64,000 nt of DNA from the human T2T-CHM13v2.0 reference genome, Homo sapiens. Below the pieces are notes generated by a model. The model had not been told where the DNA came from, did no database searches, and saw only the letters and a list, made by a program, of their open reading frames with translations. The stretch lies in NCBI RefSeq assembly GCF_009914755.1, contig NC_060926.1; one strand, 5' to 3'. Positions 45,586 through 61,859 of the stretch are shown one piece after another (position 1 is the first letter of the stretch; each line of letters opens with the position of its first letter). The position numbers were made by a program, and so were the translations under genes.

Positions 45586-46717
45586 AAAGCTCCAAAAAAT
45601 GGGGTTTTAGTGCATTAGTACAATTCCTATCTTTGAAGGAAATAAATATTTGGTTGCCCTTTTGATGTTCTCATTTTCATACTGTAGTTGAGCAGCTCTA
45701 TAACCAGTTTAACCGGTAACCTGAAAGACACTGTTGTACCATTCCAGCTGCTTTTTAATAATCAAATGCATGTATGTTTTTGGATATCCAACTGAGAATT
45801 TGTTTTAACAAGCCCCAAGCCTAAAAAGCACCTTTAAAATCATAAATCACCAAGTCCAGAATGTTTAGTTTTACCTACAGGTATATCATATCAAGGTGCA
45901 GACACATCATCTGATTACTAACAGAATAATACAGATAAGATGTAAAGAATAAAACATCATATCTTATTTGTTCATAATTAAGAAGTTAGTTTCTATTTAG
46001 GTCTCTGCAGTACGCAAGGAAAGTATTCTAATAGCCTTTACTGACATTAGTTTCTCATAAGGGAAAATAAATATCTTGTGTAACATGGTTAGAAGAGAGG
46101 AGCTACTTCCAAGTATGACAAAAAACATCACAAGAGAATTTTATACATTTTTAAAACCATCTAGATTGAGAAATTCTACAATCTTCCACCTATTTTGCAA
46201 ACTACAGTCAGAAAATTCTTTCTCTAGTGTAAACCATATTCCTCAATTCTGAAATTCTTTCTTCCTGTTTTCATATATTTGAAGACTAAATTTATACTTC
46301 CTTTACTGAACAAAATAGGACATCACTTGCATTTAGCAAACTCATTTCATTTCCCACCATCATTACAGGTTGAATCTATAATCTGATAGGTTAGAAATAA
46401 TAAATCTTATAATGGGTTCTTTTGACTATAACCTAGCATATGTCCCCTTTTTGTCTTTTAATTAAAACTAATTTTGTGTGTAGATTATATGAAAATTACT
46501 TGACTCTTTCAAAAACTTAGGCAATCCTCTGATGGTATGCAAAACCCAGGTGGGACTCAGTGTGACAACATTTATTTGCCAACAGCTATATTGGAAAGAG
46601 ACCTGTATTACAAGATAGTAGTTTAGGGTTTAACCTGAGCTCTGAACTCCAACTAGGTGCAAGATCTTCAACAAGGTAATGCATTTGAGTCTGTTTCTTT
46701 ACTTAAAAATCTGGAAT

Positions 46718-47113
<396 letters not shown>

Positions 47114-48847
47114 TTAATGCTATTTCTTCAGTTAAGTAAGCAATTTAATCAGAATATTTGAAATCATACCTGTTGGTCAAAAATACATTTTGAGAAATAT
47201 GGACACTGTATACAGGTACATCTCAGTTGGCTTTTTGTGTGATAGCTGTGATTAAAACTTCTGAATGTCAGGCATTTTACATGTATTATAATGCAATCCT
47301 CAATGTTTTACAGATGAGAAAACTGAGCCTTTGAAGAAAACGGCCAAAAGTCACAGAGCTTCAAAGGGGTTGAGCCAAAATCCAAATTCAGGGCCATCTG
47401 AATAACCAATATTTTTGTTATTACATGCATGCATGCATTCATTCACTTATTTATTTAATAAATCGGGTCTTGCTCTGTTGCCCAGACTGGAGTACAGCAG
47501 TGTGACTACAGCTCACTGCAGCCTCTTAACTCCTAGGCTCAAACCATCTTCCTGCCTCAGCTTCCCATGTAGCTTACATTTATTTTTATCAGACTACACT
47601 GACACTTTTCTTTGAGGTTAATATTATATGGGACTAAATCAATTCAAAATTTCCTCAAAGGGCTATAAATTAAGGAAAAAGAACCCCATTATTTTATGAT
47701 CAGTTTATTCCTTTCACTTTAAAAATGCCTTCCCTTACTTAAATATCTAAAACCTAGTCTCTCTTAAGTTCTAACATAAGGATTTCCAACACCTCCAAGA
47801 AGTCTTTTGTGCTATGCCAGGCTGCACTGACTCTATCATGGACATTATTATGTATAGGCTAGATGGTACAGAGTATTAAGATATATGAGCAATACCTCTA
47901 TTATGTGTAGGCCACTGTACTTACTGTGGGATTCAAAGCAATCCATGCACTTATAAATTCTTTGGAGAGACAAAATAAAACATATATACATTTTTTTATT
48001 TGTCAATTATACCTCAGTAAAGCTGGGGAAAAAAGGAGGAGGCATTTCAGGTAGGAGATATGATTTGAACTGATTTGAACAAAGACAGAAATAGGACTAC
48101 ACATGAAATATTCAAGAAATGCTGCTTAGAAGGCCAGGTAGGAGTTGGGTGGGGATAAAATATTTACATCAAGGGAAAAGGAGGTAAGAACTATTTTCTG
48201 GAAGGCCCAGAACATCAGATAGGAGAAAGAAATTAGATACCAGATACAGGTTACATGCTATCCAGGTAGATTATTATCTCATTTATTTCTTACAGCATTA
48301 GGATTGAATTAGGTATCACTAGCTAGAATTTTATATATGAGCAAACCAAGCTGGCTGAGTGATATATATAGGACTCCACCCAGGTCTATCCTATAATGAA
48401 AGCCTGACCTACTTTTTTCGAAACCATACTCTTTCCCAAGGAGTCTGAATATCTTAATAGGATAGGTGGCCAGTGAAATTCTTCTCATTATCTAAATCAT
48501 TGCTTAAGGAGATTAATCTGACAGTGCAATATAGAATATGATTATGTATTTTGTGTCCTTATATGAAACCTAAGGACGGGAGCTGGAATACATTTGACCT
48601 GTATATCCTAAATGTCTAGGTGCACTGATTAGCATGTAATATTGTCTCCGTATATGTACTGACTGAAGTGAAAATTAGTTTATTATCAACTTGTTAAAAA
48701 TTTTGTCTATATTTTATGTTCTATCCGAGGTGCTACTTATTGATAGAAGTTTGCAACAAAATATGTTTCTAATTCCAATTCAATCTGATGAAAAGATATC
48801 TTCCTCTTATCCAATCCTCCTCATACCTAAAAATTTCTGCCACTTAC

Positions 48848-48999
48848 AGAATTATTGGAGAAATTGTGAAAAACTTCCGTGAAGATGTAAACTGTACTCC
48901 ATAGTCCAGTTGTTCCCAATGAGTTAGGAGCCTTGCTTTACCCTGGTCAGGAGTTTCGAAAGGTGTTCCTTTCACTGCATGCAAAAATACGTACATCCC
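48848..48999 (-). CDS. ORMDL1: ORMDL1 coding exon
   Basis: ttccag|GGG; [50 protein letters not shown]; donor CT|GTAAGT. Confidence 0.96.
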
Positions 49000-51409
49000 C
49001 TGGAAAACAAGCAAGGGGTTATAAATGATCAGTATTAAATACAAAATTAGTCTTTGTCAGTAGCATTAACGAGGTTCCAAGCTGTTTGTGAGAGTGTGTG
49101 ATTTAACTGAGTTCGTTTTAAGCTTTCATATAATAGTGAAAGGCTGTAGCCAGTTTCTTTATAATAAAATAGAACTTTCTGGGGTATAAAAATATTAAGT
49201 GAGAATTGGTAAAAGGTCAACTGAAAGTAACCTGTTTGCATTTCTATTCGTTAAACTAAAAATAATTATCAGGGTAGCTTCATATCTTTACATTCAGATT
49301 TTCTTACACTTTTCCTATTAGGAAATAGGATTACTTTTTCCCCAATGTACAGGAGGTTTTTCTTCAGGGTATATTAGTAAATTTGATGATACTTAAAAAA
49401 TGATAAAGACATACAAAGTGGTAGAAAACAATAAAATGATTAAAATCTATTGGGAAAAATAGTTTTGAGATATTTAATATGATGACTGCCTTTGCCTTAA
49501 TAGTTCTCTTCCAAAGCAATAAAAATAGTTTGATATAATAGGTATAATGTTCCACTCAATTCCCTTTTTAAATCGCTATTGTGCCTCAATAGCATTTCTT
49601 CTGAAGTCAGTTTTAAAAACTCAAAGCAAATAACATTACTAAAAGCCATTCTGTCAGATCATATGTCTAAACATATAATTTTTTTTATCAATAGGGTAGA
49701 AAAAAACCAATCTATAGATTTGGTTTCCTTGAGATTATGATACCCATTTAGACTCATAGGCAGTGTTTCATTCAGGATCACTGCTTGAGGCACTTTATGT
49801 AAAGGGATAATGCCTAAATATTATCATGACACAAAGTTTTTCCTTCTAGACGCCACAATGTGATGTCATTTTTCCTACCTCTACTTTTAATGATTATATA
49901 GAAAAATTAGGGATTTGAAATTTTATATGATACCAACTTAACCAAGCCCTTCCTTTCAAGGCTTAGTCTACTTCCTAGTTATTCCAGTAGGCAATTCAGA
50001 AGTCGTTTAGCTACAATAACACGTAAGCTATGGAGGAAAGGACTCATGTTCAATTGGATTTAACCCATCAAACATTTAATAGGTGGCTTATATGTACAAG
50101 ACATAGGACATATATGCACATATGAAATTGAATGAGATGTACCCAAGCCTTGGAAAAATTCAGTCCTCTAAGAGATGATAAGGAAAAAAAATGCATAAAC
50201 AGCTAGAAAGTAGGGCAGAAATTGCTATCAAAGGTACAATTAGAATACTCAGCAAATGGCAGGGGAGGGAAAGGTTCCTTGTTGCTGTGCCAAAAGTCTT
50301 GATGCTACTTCATTACCTCATTCTTAAAGGTTCAGCTCAAATAACAATTCCTTAGAAAAACCTACCTCATTAGTAATAATTAATCTCCTCTTTATGTAGT
50401 TGTATACAATTTTATTGAAAATACGATTACAGTACAATATATCATGTTAGAGTTGTTTGCATGATGTTTGTTTTCCCATTAGCCTGAATACACTCGGAAT
50501 AAGCACTGGGACACCGCAAGACATTAGACATTGGACACTTCCAACATTAGAAATGTTGGAAGATGACATTACGCCAAGGAGTATTTATTCTGTAAGCTCT
50601 ACGAAACCATTTTCATATGGACTTTAAAGTGAATTATAAAACAGAAAGTATATGTTTTCAAATCATCGGGGGTATAGGACCCCCAAAAAGTTAAGAACAT
50701 CTATTCCAGACCACATAGATATTAGAATATAAGAGAATAATCATCCTCTCATTATTTCCTTCAAACCATATGTACTTAACTAGTGTTTAGAATATCAAAA
50801 CAGTTTATTTTATACATCTTTTCAGTGAAAAATAATAAAATCTTATCTGGCCATATATCTACTGCCCCAATATTTTTTAAATTGTTTTTATGTAAAAATG
50901 TTTGTGATTATTATTCCTCCATTAAAAGAATTAGAGAACAAAAGTATGTAGCTCATGCTTAGTCCTTACTAAATACCTACTGAATCAAAATGAATCATTC
51001 ATTTTTAAAGCTGGGCCAAGAATCCTGTGAAGCATTAATACCTCTAAGGGTGAGGTAGCACTTAATAAAGCAACCACTGTAGGTTTCTACTGTACGGTTC
51101 AGAAAGGCAAATATACTGTATTTTTCTAACCGGGTGTAACAATTAGGTCCATTTTCTCATTTTTAAAGGCATTCAATATGTACTTCAGATTTTTAATTGG
51201 TTTAATGTGGCTATATTCAAAGGAAACTTAAATTTGGAGTCATGTAATTGCAACTCCGATGGCTAATTAAGTTTTTAGTGTGGTGAACTAATAACAAATA
51301 AATCAGAAGTTTGCTTTTCTATACAATGTCAATTACCAATCATTTGTCCATGGTCAACCAACTTGAAACACGGTTAGGGGGTGGTGGTGGTACAGGGATG
51401 GCATCTAAA

Positions 51410-51689
<280 letters not shown>

Positions 51690-51894
51690 CTAACTTATTC
51701 GGCAAACATTTAAATACGTTCTTAGCGATACAAAAATTAAAACATAAAGAGATAAACTGCTAATTATAAAACAATGACAAACACATGATAAAAGAATGCA
51801 GCATGGGAGTTGTATAGATTCCTGGAGGGACAGTTTTGCTGTAGGAAATCAGGCAGAGCAGGAAGGAGGGAGAGGTATTAAAATAGTAGAGACT

Positions 51895-52710
<816 letters not shown>

Positions 52711-53268
52711 TACTTGGTCCAGGTGAAAAGAAAATATAGTAGAAAAGCTTAAGCCAAAACAATAAAATGAGAGCAAGATGATTTTCTTTATTGCTAGTGT
52801 ATAGCCTCTATTTAGAGATGGTTGAGACAAGGTGAAGTCTCCTTGTTTCTGCACTGTTATCAACTGGTCTTATATGTCACACAAGAAACTTGGATTTTAC
52901 CATGACTGCAATGGATGATCACTGAATGACTTAGAGTATGACTTGAGCAAACATGCATTTTTAAAACATCACTCTGCCAAGCTGGAATGGAGAAGGGTAG
53001 AGAAGCATCAAGAAGACTATTTGATTTATCTGAGTAATTTACTTGAGGAAAAAATGAGGGTATGGGGATCAAGTTGAGAGTAAAGCAGTAGAAGACAGTG
53101 CTCTGAGCAAATGGATATGGAATATAAAGGAAAAGAAGTTATCCTAAGACTTAGGTGACCTTGTATTCTTGTTTGCATACGATGGTTCTGATTATACCTA
53201 ATCTCTTGTAGTAGTTATTACCAAAGCTCCATTTTACTCTCTAAACAGCCTGTTTGGACTATACATTA

Positions 53269-53626
53269 CAGGTTGAGTATTCCTTATCCACAATGCTTTG
53301 GAGCAGAAGTGTTTCAGATTTTGGATTGTTTTGGATTTTGGAATATCGGCATATACATAATGAGATATCTTGGGGACAGGGCCCAAGTCTAAACATGAAA
53401 TTCATTTATGTTTCATATACATCATACACACACAGCCTAAAGATAATTTTATATAGTATCTTTAATAATTTTGTGCATGAAATAAAGTTTTGATTGCATT
53501 TTAATTGCAACCTGTCAGGAAGTCAGGTATGGAATTTTCCGCTTGTGGCACAACACTGGTGCTAAAAAAGTTTCTAATTTTAGAACATTTTCTATTTTGG
53601 GTTTCCAATTAGGGATGCTCAACCTG
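53269..53626. mobile_element. Tigger4/MER46-like non-autonomous DNA transposon
   Basis: TIRs caggttgagtattcc ... ggatgctcaacctg flanked by TA dinucleotides. Confidence 0.85.
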
Positions 53627-54032
53627 TATATTAATTGCTTTACCATTAACATTCAGCTGTCTGGCTTGGCCTTTAGATAAGATTAGTAGTGAAGCCAGAG
53701 GATCAGATTGTGGGTGGTAAGGGAGTAATCAGGAATAAGATAAGTTCCATTTATACTTGTTTGGTTTAAGGTGCAAAGTAATCTGGTGATTAAAAATAAA
53801 TAGGAGCATCCTTATTCTACAGGTAGAAACTGAAAATATGGGTAGATGAAGTAACCTAGGTAGAATACATAGCATAAGAAGAGATGAAGAAAAGAACCTT
53901 GGGAATAGAAATATTTAAGAGAGGAAAAGAGAAGGAAGACCCCATAAGAAGAAAGAGAAGGTCAGAAATATATGCCGGTGAAAGTGATCCTATAGAAGCC
54001 AAAGGAAGTTTCAACAAAAGTGAGATGATTAG

Positions 54033-54506
<474 letters not shown>

Positions 54507-55172
54507 AAAATAAATATTAATTTTTAAAAATCAATTTCTCCTGTTTTCCTGTCTTAATGCTTTAAGTTCATTTTAAAAAATATCTTTCAACAAATGTACT
54601 GCTAAACTGGATTCAATTAAAATCCTCAACTAACTGTATTTCCTCCTTTTCACGTTACTTTAATGGGTTATTAAAGACAAGAAAAGTCGCTGTCAAGATT
54701 TTTTGTTTTTGTAAAAGGCAATTTCCAGGGCTGCATAATATGGTCAGTACAGTCAATCAAAACTTTGATACTCTGTAGAGCTAACACAAGAGAGTAACAA
54801 GCAGCAGCTAAGGCACCATAAGATCCTGAATCACATAAGATGATTAAGTTCAAAACTTAAATACTGAAACAGTGAAGTATACTTACACTATTTAGATAGA
54901 TAAGTTAACAAGGATTGAAACTAAAATGATCTATTTTCTAGATTCTATACAATGAGAAAAAAAAAAGTCTTACTTAGAAAAAGGACCAATGTTGAAATAA
55001 AGCGTGAAAGAAAAAAGAAAATTCTATCCCAGATTAGAATTCTTCAAAATTAAGTCTTATATACTAAAAACTACTAAACTATACACTTTAAATGGGTGGA
55101 TTTTATTGCATGTGAATTATATCTCAAAAAAGCTGTTAAAAAAACTAAGTTGTATACAACACAAAACCTTAA

Positions 55173-55496
<324 letters not shown>

Positions 55497-55704
55497 TTTA
55501 AATGTACAGTTGAGTGGTATTAAAAACATTCATATTGTTGTGCAATCATCACCATTACCATCCACATCCAGAACTCTCTTCATCTTGCAAAACCAAAAAC
55601 TCTGTACCCATTAAGCAATAACTTTCCATTCCTTCCTCCCCTTAATTTCCGGCAACCACTAAACCTAAAACTTTTAAGTGTTTAGTATAATGTGAAATTC
55701 TTAC

Positions 55705-55878
55705 CAGATTATGTATAATATTTGTTAAAGTCCAAGCAACAGGAACACTGAAGAAGGGAATGCTGAGTAAGACAATATGAAGCAAGCCAACTCCCAATGC
55801 ATATGTCAGCCACATACCCCGGCTGTTCATGACACGGGTATTTGGATTCACTTCACTGTGGGCAACTCCAACGTTCAT
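55705..55878 (-). CDS. ORMDL1: ORMDL1 first coding exon (exon starts at 55885)
   Basis: ctacag|AGCAAAC ATG; [31 protein letters not shown]...NIIHNL; donor CTG|GTAAGA; three exons total 462 nt = 153 aa, ORM1-like SPT regulator. Confidence 0.96.
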
Positions 55879-56296
55879 GTTTGCTCTGTAGGAAGTAATG
55901 AAATGAATCAACACTGATACAACTGGCAACCTAACACCCCCAATTCTGACATGACAAGGTACCTGTGTTGCGAGGATTATTTTTTCCTAGTTACTTTGAA
56001 GTAGCACACAAACACCATCCAAAATATGCTACTTGTAGATGCTGATGACAGCAGTAAAGAATCTTCAGCATTTGACTTTAGGGTAAGACAAGACTTGTTA
56101 TTATGGTTCTATTTGAAAAAATAGTTACAATGCCTTTCCAAAAGTTTGTTTTCTAGCATGTTGTTTTACTGAATAGGAAAATTCAAACTGAAAGAGAAAA
56201 CCTACATTTTCTTATATCATGAGAGCAAAGTGAAAAGCCAAAAGCTAAATTTACCAACATAATAAATTTATATTAAAAAGAAAAAGCAGAACTCAC

Positions 56297-56406
56297 CGAG
56301 CCAGTGTGTCAAGTAGTCAGACTCTTATATTTGACTTAATGTATCCATAAAGAATGGTCAGAGTTCAGATCACTTCTTTCTGAATACTCAATGTGGAAGG
56401 TACATG
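56297..56406 (-). other. ORMDL1: ORMDL1 5'UTR exon (candidate)
   Basis: Strong donor TCG|GTGAGT at 56297/56296; acceptor tcaacag|56406 (alternative ttcag|56379). Confidence 0.6.
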
Positions 56407-57551
56407 CTGTTGACATAATGTGGTGTAAAATTTACATGGTCAAGGGATAATGTTTGTTTCTCAATTTTGTGATTAGACTAGGTGAAAATAAGGAGTCTTC
56501 TGAATATTTCTCTAGTCAAATCAAAAACTTCAGTTTTCTTTCTTCTTTTTAAAAAAGGTTTTCCCTTCTCCTTTCCATTGAAGATGGACTCCAAAGGAAG
56601 AATTGATAATAGTTCTCAGTTCTTTTAATGATGGTGTTTACTTGAGACTAAGAATTGCTTAAAATAAAACTGTCCTGAAGAACACCTATCATCCGACGGA
56701 GGGGGAAAACGAGGCTAGATTATATTTGGAACAGCTGTGATTTTAAAATACACAAACGCTTGTATTACGGAGTTAGCATACAGAGAGGAATTTCTCATAA
56801 CCCCTTCCAGCAAATGTTTCCGGAGTATAATGCTCCTTCCGCTCTAGAGACCCATAGAACAGGCATCAAGGGTTAAGGGGACGAAAAGTTAGTTACACTA
56901 AGACCGCTAAAGCCTCCAATTTATATGTGTAAATCTTTCGTCTAAACACCCATGATTTATCATACATTAAACTATTATGTCATACTTAGAACATGCCAAC
57001 ACTCAAGATAGTTTTCCCACGTTCCACAGGATGGAGGCCTGAAATTTACATCTCAGCTGGAAGGCAAAGCTGGTGCGGTACTCATCCTATTCCAACCAGA
57101 AAACCTTTTCCCAGCAGGTTTGCCGCGCTGCCCACGACTGGCAAACAATGACCTTACAGACCGTGAAGAGGCTGTTGGCTCTGCCCTCGCCGGTGCCTCC
57201 GAAGACGGCGACCCGCAGCGGCCCCTCAGGGGAGTCCCCCCTGCTAGACCGACAGCCCGAGCGCTCTGGGCCAGAGAAAACTCAGCAAAAGCCGCCGCTG
57301 CTACCACCTCAGCGCCTCCCCCAACCCGCCCCTTCCTTCTCGCGGCCGCACGTCACGTCAGGACCCTGGCAAGACAACGAGGATTTGCGTAGGGGGCGAG
57401 CCTCTGAGGCCACTTGGCTCTTACGGCCACGCAGGGCGCCGCAGATGCAGCCGGAGCCCGCTTTTCCCTCTCAGGACGACCCCTAGGCCGCCAGCAGTTC
57501 CCTACCGACGAAGGCGACTGTACAGCGTCCACCGCGTTCGTGCCCACTTAC

Positions 57552-57650
57552 CCGCCGCCCCACTCCGGGCCGCCGGCTCGCAGCAGGACCAGCCCGGCTG
57601 CTACGGCCGCGGATACACGCCCTCAGGCCCGGCGCTGCGCAGCTTGCGGA
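57552..57650 (-). other. ORMDL1: ORMDL1 non-coding exon 1 (5' end approximate)
   Basis: Consensus donor CGG|GTAAGT at 57552/57551 in the CpG island. Confidence 0.75.
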
Positions 57651-57729
57651 AGCTTTCCCGGACAGACTCGCTGCCAGCGGATTGGCTGCGAGCAGCGCCA
57701 ATCTCACGTTGCCCCCGGGCGAGGCGGGA

Positions 57730-57876
57730 CTCAGTGCCGCGCTCTCTGCACCCGCTCTGCCGCGCGCGTGCGTGCTGGGTGCGGGTGCGGGTGCGGGGTT
57801 GGGCCTGCGCATCGGGTGAGACGCTGGCTGCTTGCGGCTAGTGGATGGTAATTGCCTGCCTCGCGCTAGCAGGAAG
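57730..57876 (+). other. PMS1: PMS1 non-coding exon 1 (5' end approximate; CDS lies beyond the window)
   Basis: Donor AAG|GTAGTG at 57876/57877, alternative CGG|GTGAGA at 57815/57816. Gene name rests on the known head-to-head ORMDL1/PMS1 arrangement, not on coding sequence. Confidence 0.7.
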
Positions 57877-59116
57877 GTAGTGTGGTGTGACTAACGGGTA
57901 TTTATTATATCCTCGATGGCTCGAGGGCCCCGTCCCCTCTACTCGTCCTGGTCCGGGCGCGAACGCTATAGGGCAGCTAAGGGCGCTCCCCGCGGGGCGG
58001 GAAGCGAAGCCGGGCTTGCGGGCGCGCACACGTGGAACGCGTTCTCTGAGCAGGTCTGGGCTCCGGGGTGTTCTGGCTTGGTCTTTGTTGCGTCCCATTC
58101 CCCAGACCCTTCTGGGTGGAGGACTTAAAATTTGTTTTTCAGGCAGCAGATTTAACCCATGGCAACTGTAACTCATCTTGTGTGAGTGGCGGTTTATAGT
58201 ATTGTATCCTGTGGCATCATACAAGGGGTGCAAGTTAAACTCTTTAAAGTTAATCACGATTTTTGCTCGTGGCCTTCTGGGTTTATCCGTACGCCGAAGA
58301 CAGGCACCTGTATTACATGCTAAGGAAATGTGAATACCAAAAATTGATCCTGAGGAAAGTCTTGATTAGGTTTTTTTGGAATCGCCTTTGAAATGTAATT
58401 TCCCTCACCTTGGCAGTGCAGAAAGTTTGTGATTTTTATTGCCGAAATAGCTTTCAACATTTTGAAATTGACTTAAGAGAATGTTGGCTGTGTATGTCTG
58501 TATCTTGCATTTCTATTGGCTTTGTGAACCTAATTGTTTTGGATTTAGTCTGATCTTTAAATAAATGATTTCTTTGTGTTCTCTCTAATGGAAGTCTGTG
58601 AGTTCTCTGATCTTTACTTCTTTTTTAGGCACACCTGTTGTCCTTAACTGACTTTCCGGGTCATCAGCACTTCTTCAGAAGTGTTCCTTTTCCCTCCCAG
58701 CAAATATGGAAGACTGACTATCCTGATATTCCCAGACATTCTTTGCTGTGATTTGTAAGCCCGATATAAACCCTTCCATTTGGTACACATATGGTATAGA
58801 GTGCTATATTCCAGGGGCTATGCTAGCGATGTGTGATTGATATAAAACCCCTGTCCTCAAAGAACTCTGAGTCAGGAGCAACAGACAGAAACACATATTA
58901 ATAGAGTAACTTGTGATGAGGTTAATTAGAAATGAGGTAAAGGGGGACTGCAGGGGAAGGAATACCTAATCTGTTGGCAGGTGAAGGAAAGGAGGCTGCA
59001 GCAGGGAAGAAAGGCTTTCTTGAAGAGTTGATACTGAACTAAATCTGGAAGGATGATTAGAAGTCAGCTGAGAGAGAACCATGTGAGCTGAGGAAGGAGT
59101 GAGTGTCACCATGTTA

Positions 59117-59560
<444 letters not shown>

Positions 59561-60025
59561 TTAAGTGGGGCAGCAACATGATGAAATTTAAATACAGAAA
59601 GAACCCTATAGGTGGTTGAGATTCGAGTCAAAATATCAATTAGGTGGTTATTGCAGTAGTTCAGGAGAGAAAGGCCGAATGGAGGCAGTACAAAGAGGAG
59701 AGGACTAGTTTGGGAAACATTTAGATAGTAGGAGAGAGATGACTGGGTGGCAGGATGTAGAGAGCGAGTAGAATTTCTAGGATGACTTCAAGGTTTCTAA
59801 TTTTGCTTTATGTGCTTGGATGGAAGGTGTTTGAGAGCATGGCCTTTGGAGTCAAACATGCCAAGGTGTGCATCTGCCACTTAATAGTTTTGTGATCTTG
59901 AGCAAGTTACCATGCCTTTAAATCCTATTTGGTGATAAAGGATGATAGAATACGTAGAGTTGTTGTGAGGATTAAATAGGATAATATATATAAAATTCTC
60001 GTGTTGGCTATTACTTTTATTATCA

Positions 60026-60407
<382 letters not shown>

Positions 60408-61859
60408 TCAGGTCATCTAAATGATGATATTTAGAAGGTAGATGGAAGTAAGGCCCTAAAGTCCAGAAAAAAAGTGTGAGATACAGGTGAGCTGGAGGAT
60501 GGTGTGGAAGCCAATTGAAATTATGTATATAAAGGGAAGGAGGATACTTTTTCTAATGTTTGCGTTAGCATAAGAAAGATGCTGATAAATTATATTTAGT
60601 GGTCCTTCATTAATATTCATGAAGTGAAGGGCTTGCCATGGGTGAAGCATTTGACTGTTCTGCCTGGCATCCAGAGATACATAATACATAATTTCCTACA
60701 TTCAAAAGTTGTACAGCAGGAAAAAAAAAGTTTTACAGTTCAGGACAAAGATGTAGTAGGTTTAATTATACAATTTAATTAATTTAATCTTTACAGTTAT
60801 CTTACATTGATTATAGGACAAAACGATATTTGATATTTTGAATATATTAGATTATCCAAATACGTAATTAAGATTAACTTCACTTTTTTATTTTTTTTTT
60901 TAGCTTTTTTAATGTGAGTACTAGAAAATTTTAAATGATGTATGTACATTATAGTTCTGTTGAACAGTGCTGGATAGAGTACTGGTTAAAATGGCAGGCT
61001 CTGAAATCACGCTACTTTGGTTTTATCCTAGCTCTTACTAACAGCTATATGATACTGAGGAAATTAAACTTTCTAAAACTCAATCAGCTAATCTATAAAA
61101 TGGAGACAATACAGATATCATATGCTTATGAATTTGGTAGAGACACAAATATTCAGACTGTAGCAATTAGGAGAGAAGAAAGATGACATGACATGGAAGA
61201 AGAGTATGAAAAGAGATGCAGACATCTTAAGACCAGAGGACGCAATGGGATGGGGTAGATAAAGTGTGACAGAATTCATGCTATGAATTGCCATGATCTT
61301 AGTAAACTAGAAGAATGAGGAATATTGGGATGCAATTATAGAGATTTAAAAAAAAAAGATCTTGGATTTGGCATTGTAGGAGATGAGGTATTATAGGAAA
61401 CGAGACAAAGATGATGAGATTAAGACTGCTCAGAAGGAGTCAGTCTAAGTTTATACCCCAAAGTTTTGTTGATCAGTGTTTTTCTTAGATCCTTGGGATT
61501 TCCTAGCTGAGGTGGAAGACTTCTTGAACCCAGGCCTAATGTGTGAGCCCCTTTGGGGTAGGGGTTAGAGGTGGGGGGATTGTTCATTTAGGGGTTTAGA
61601 GGAGCTCAGTTTAGTCCCAGTACCCTGGGATGTTTTTAGCACTTATATGCCAAACACTGTAATACATTATTTATATATACTACTTTATTTACTTCTCACC
61701 ACAATCATATGATATCATTATTAGATCCATTTTATAGATTAGGTGATTGCATTTTAGAGAGTTTAATTTCCTCAGTGTTACATATCTGTTAGTGTAAGAG
61801 CTAGGATAAAACCAAAGTAGTGTGATTTCAGAGCCTGCCATTTTAACCACTGCTCTATC

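Larger units (their letters stand above)
57100..58100. promoter_or_regulatory. CpG island; bidirectional ORMDL1/PMS1 promoter
   Basis: Very GC- and CpG-rich; divergent splice donors on both strands; inverted CCAAT pair 57681-57702; GC box 57721-57730; GCGGAAG ETS ~57646. Confidence 0.9.

Noticed and set aside
57698-57716. CCAAT followed by CACG, resembling an ERSE
   Set aside because: Spacing does not fit CCAAT-N9-CCACG or ATTGG-N-CCACG.
57053-58257. Multiple overlapping 65-145 aa ORFs on both strands
   Set aside because: Stop-codon scarcity in a CpG island; low-complexity Ala/Arg/Pro/Gly content with no recognisable domain.
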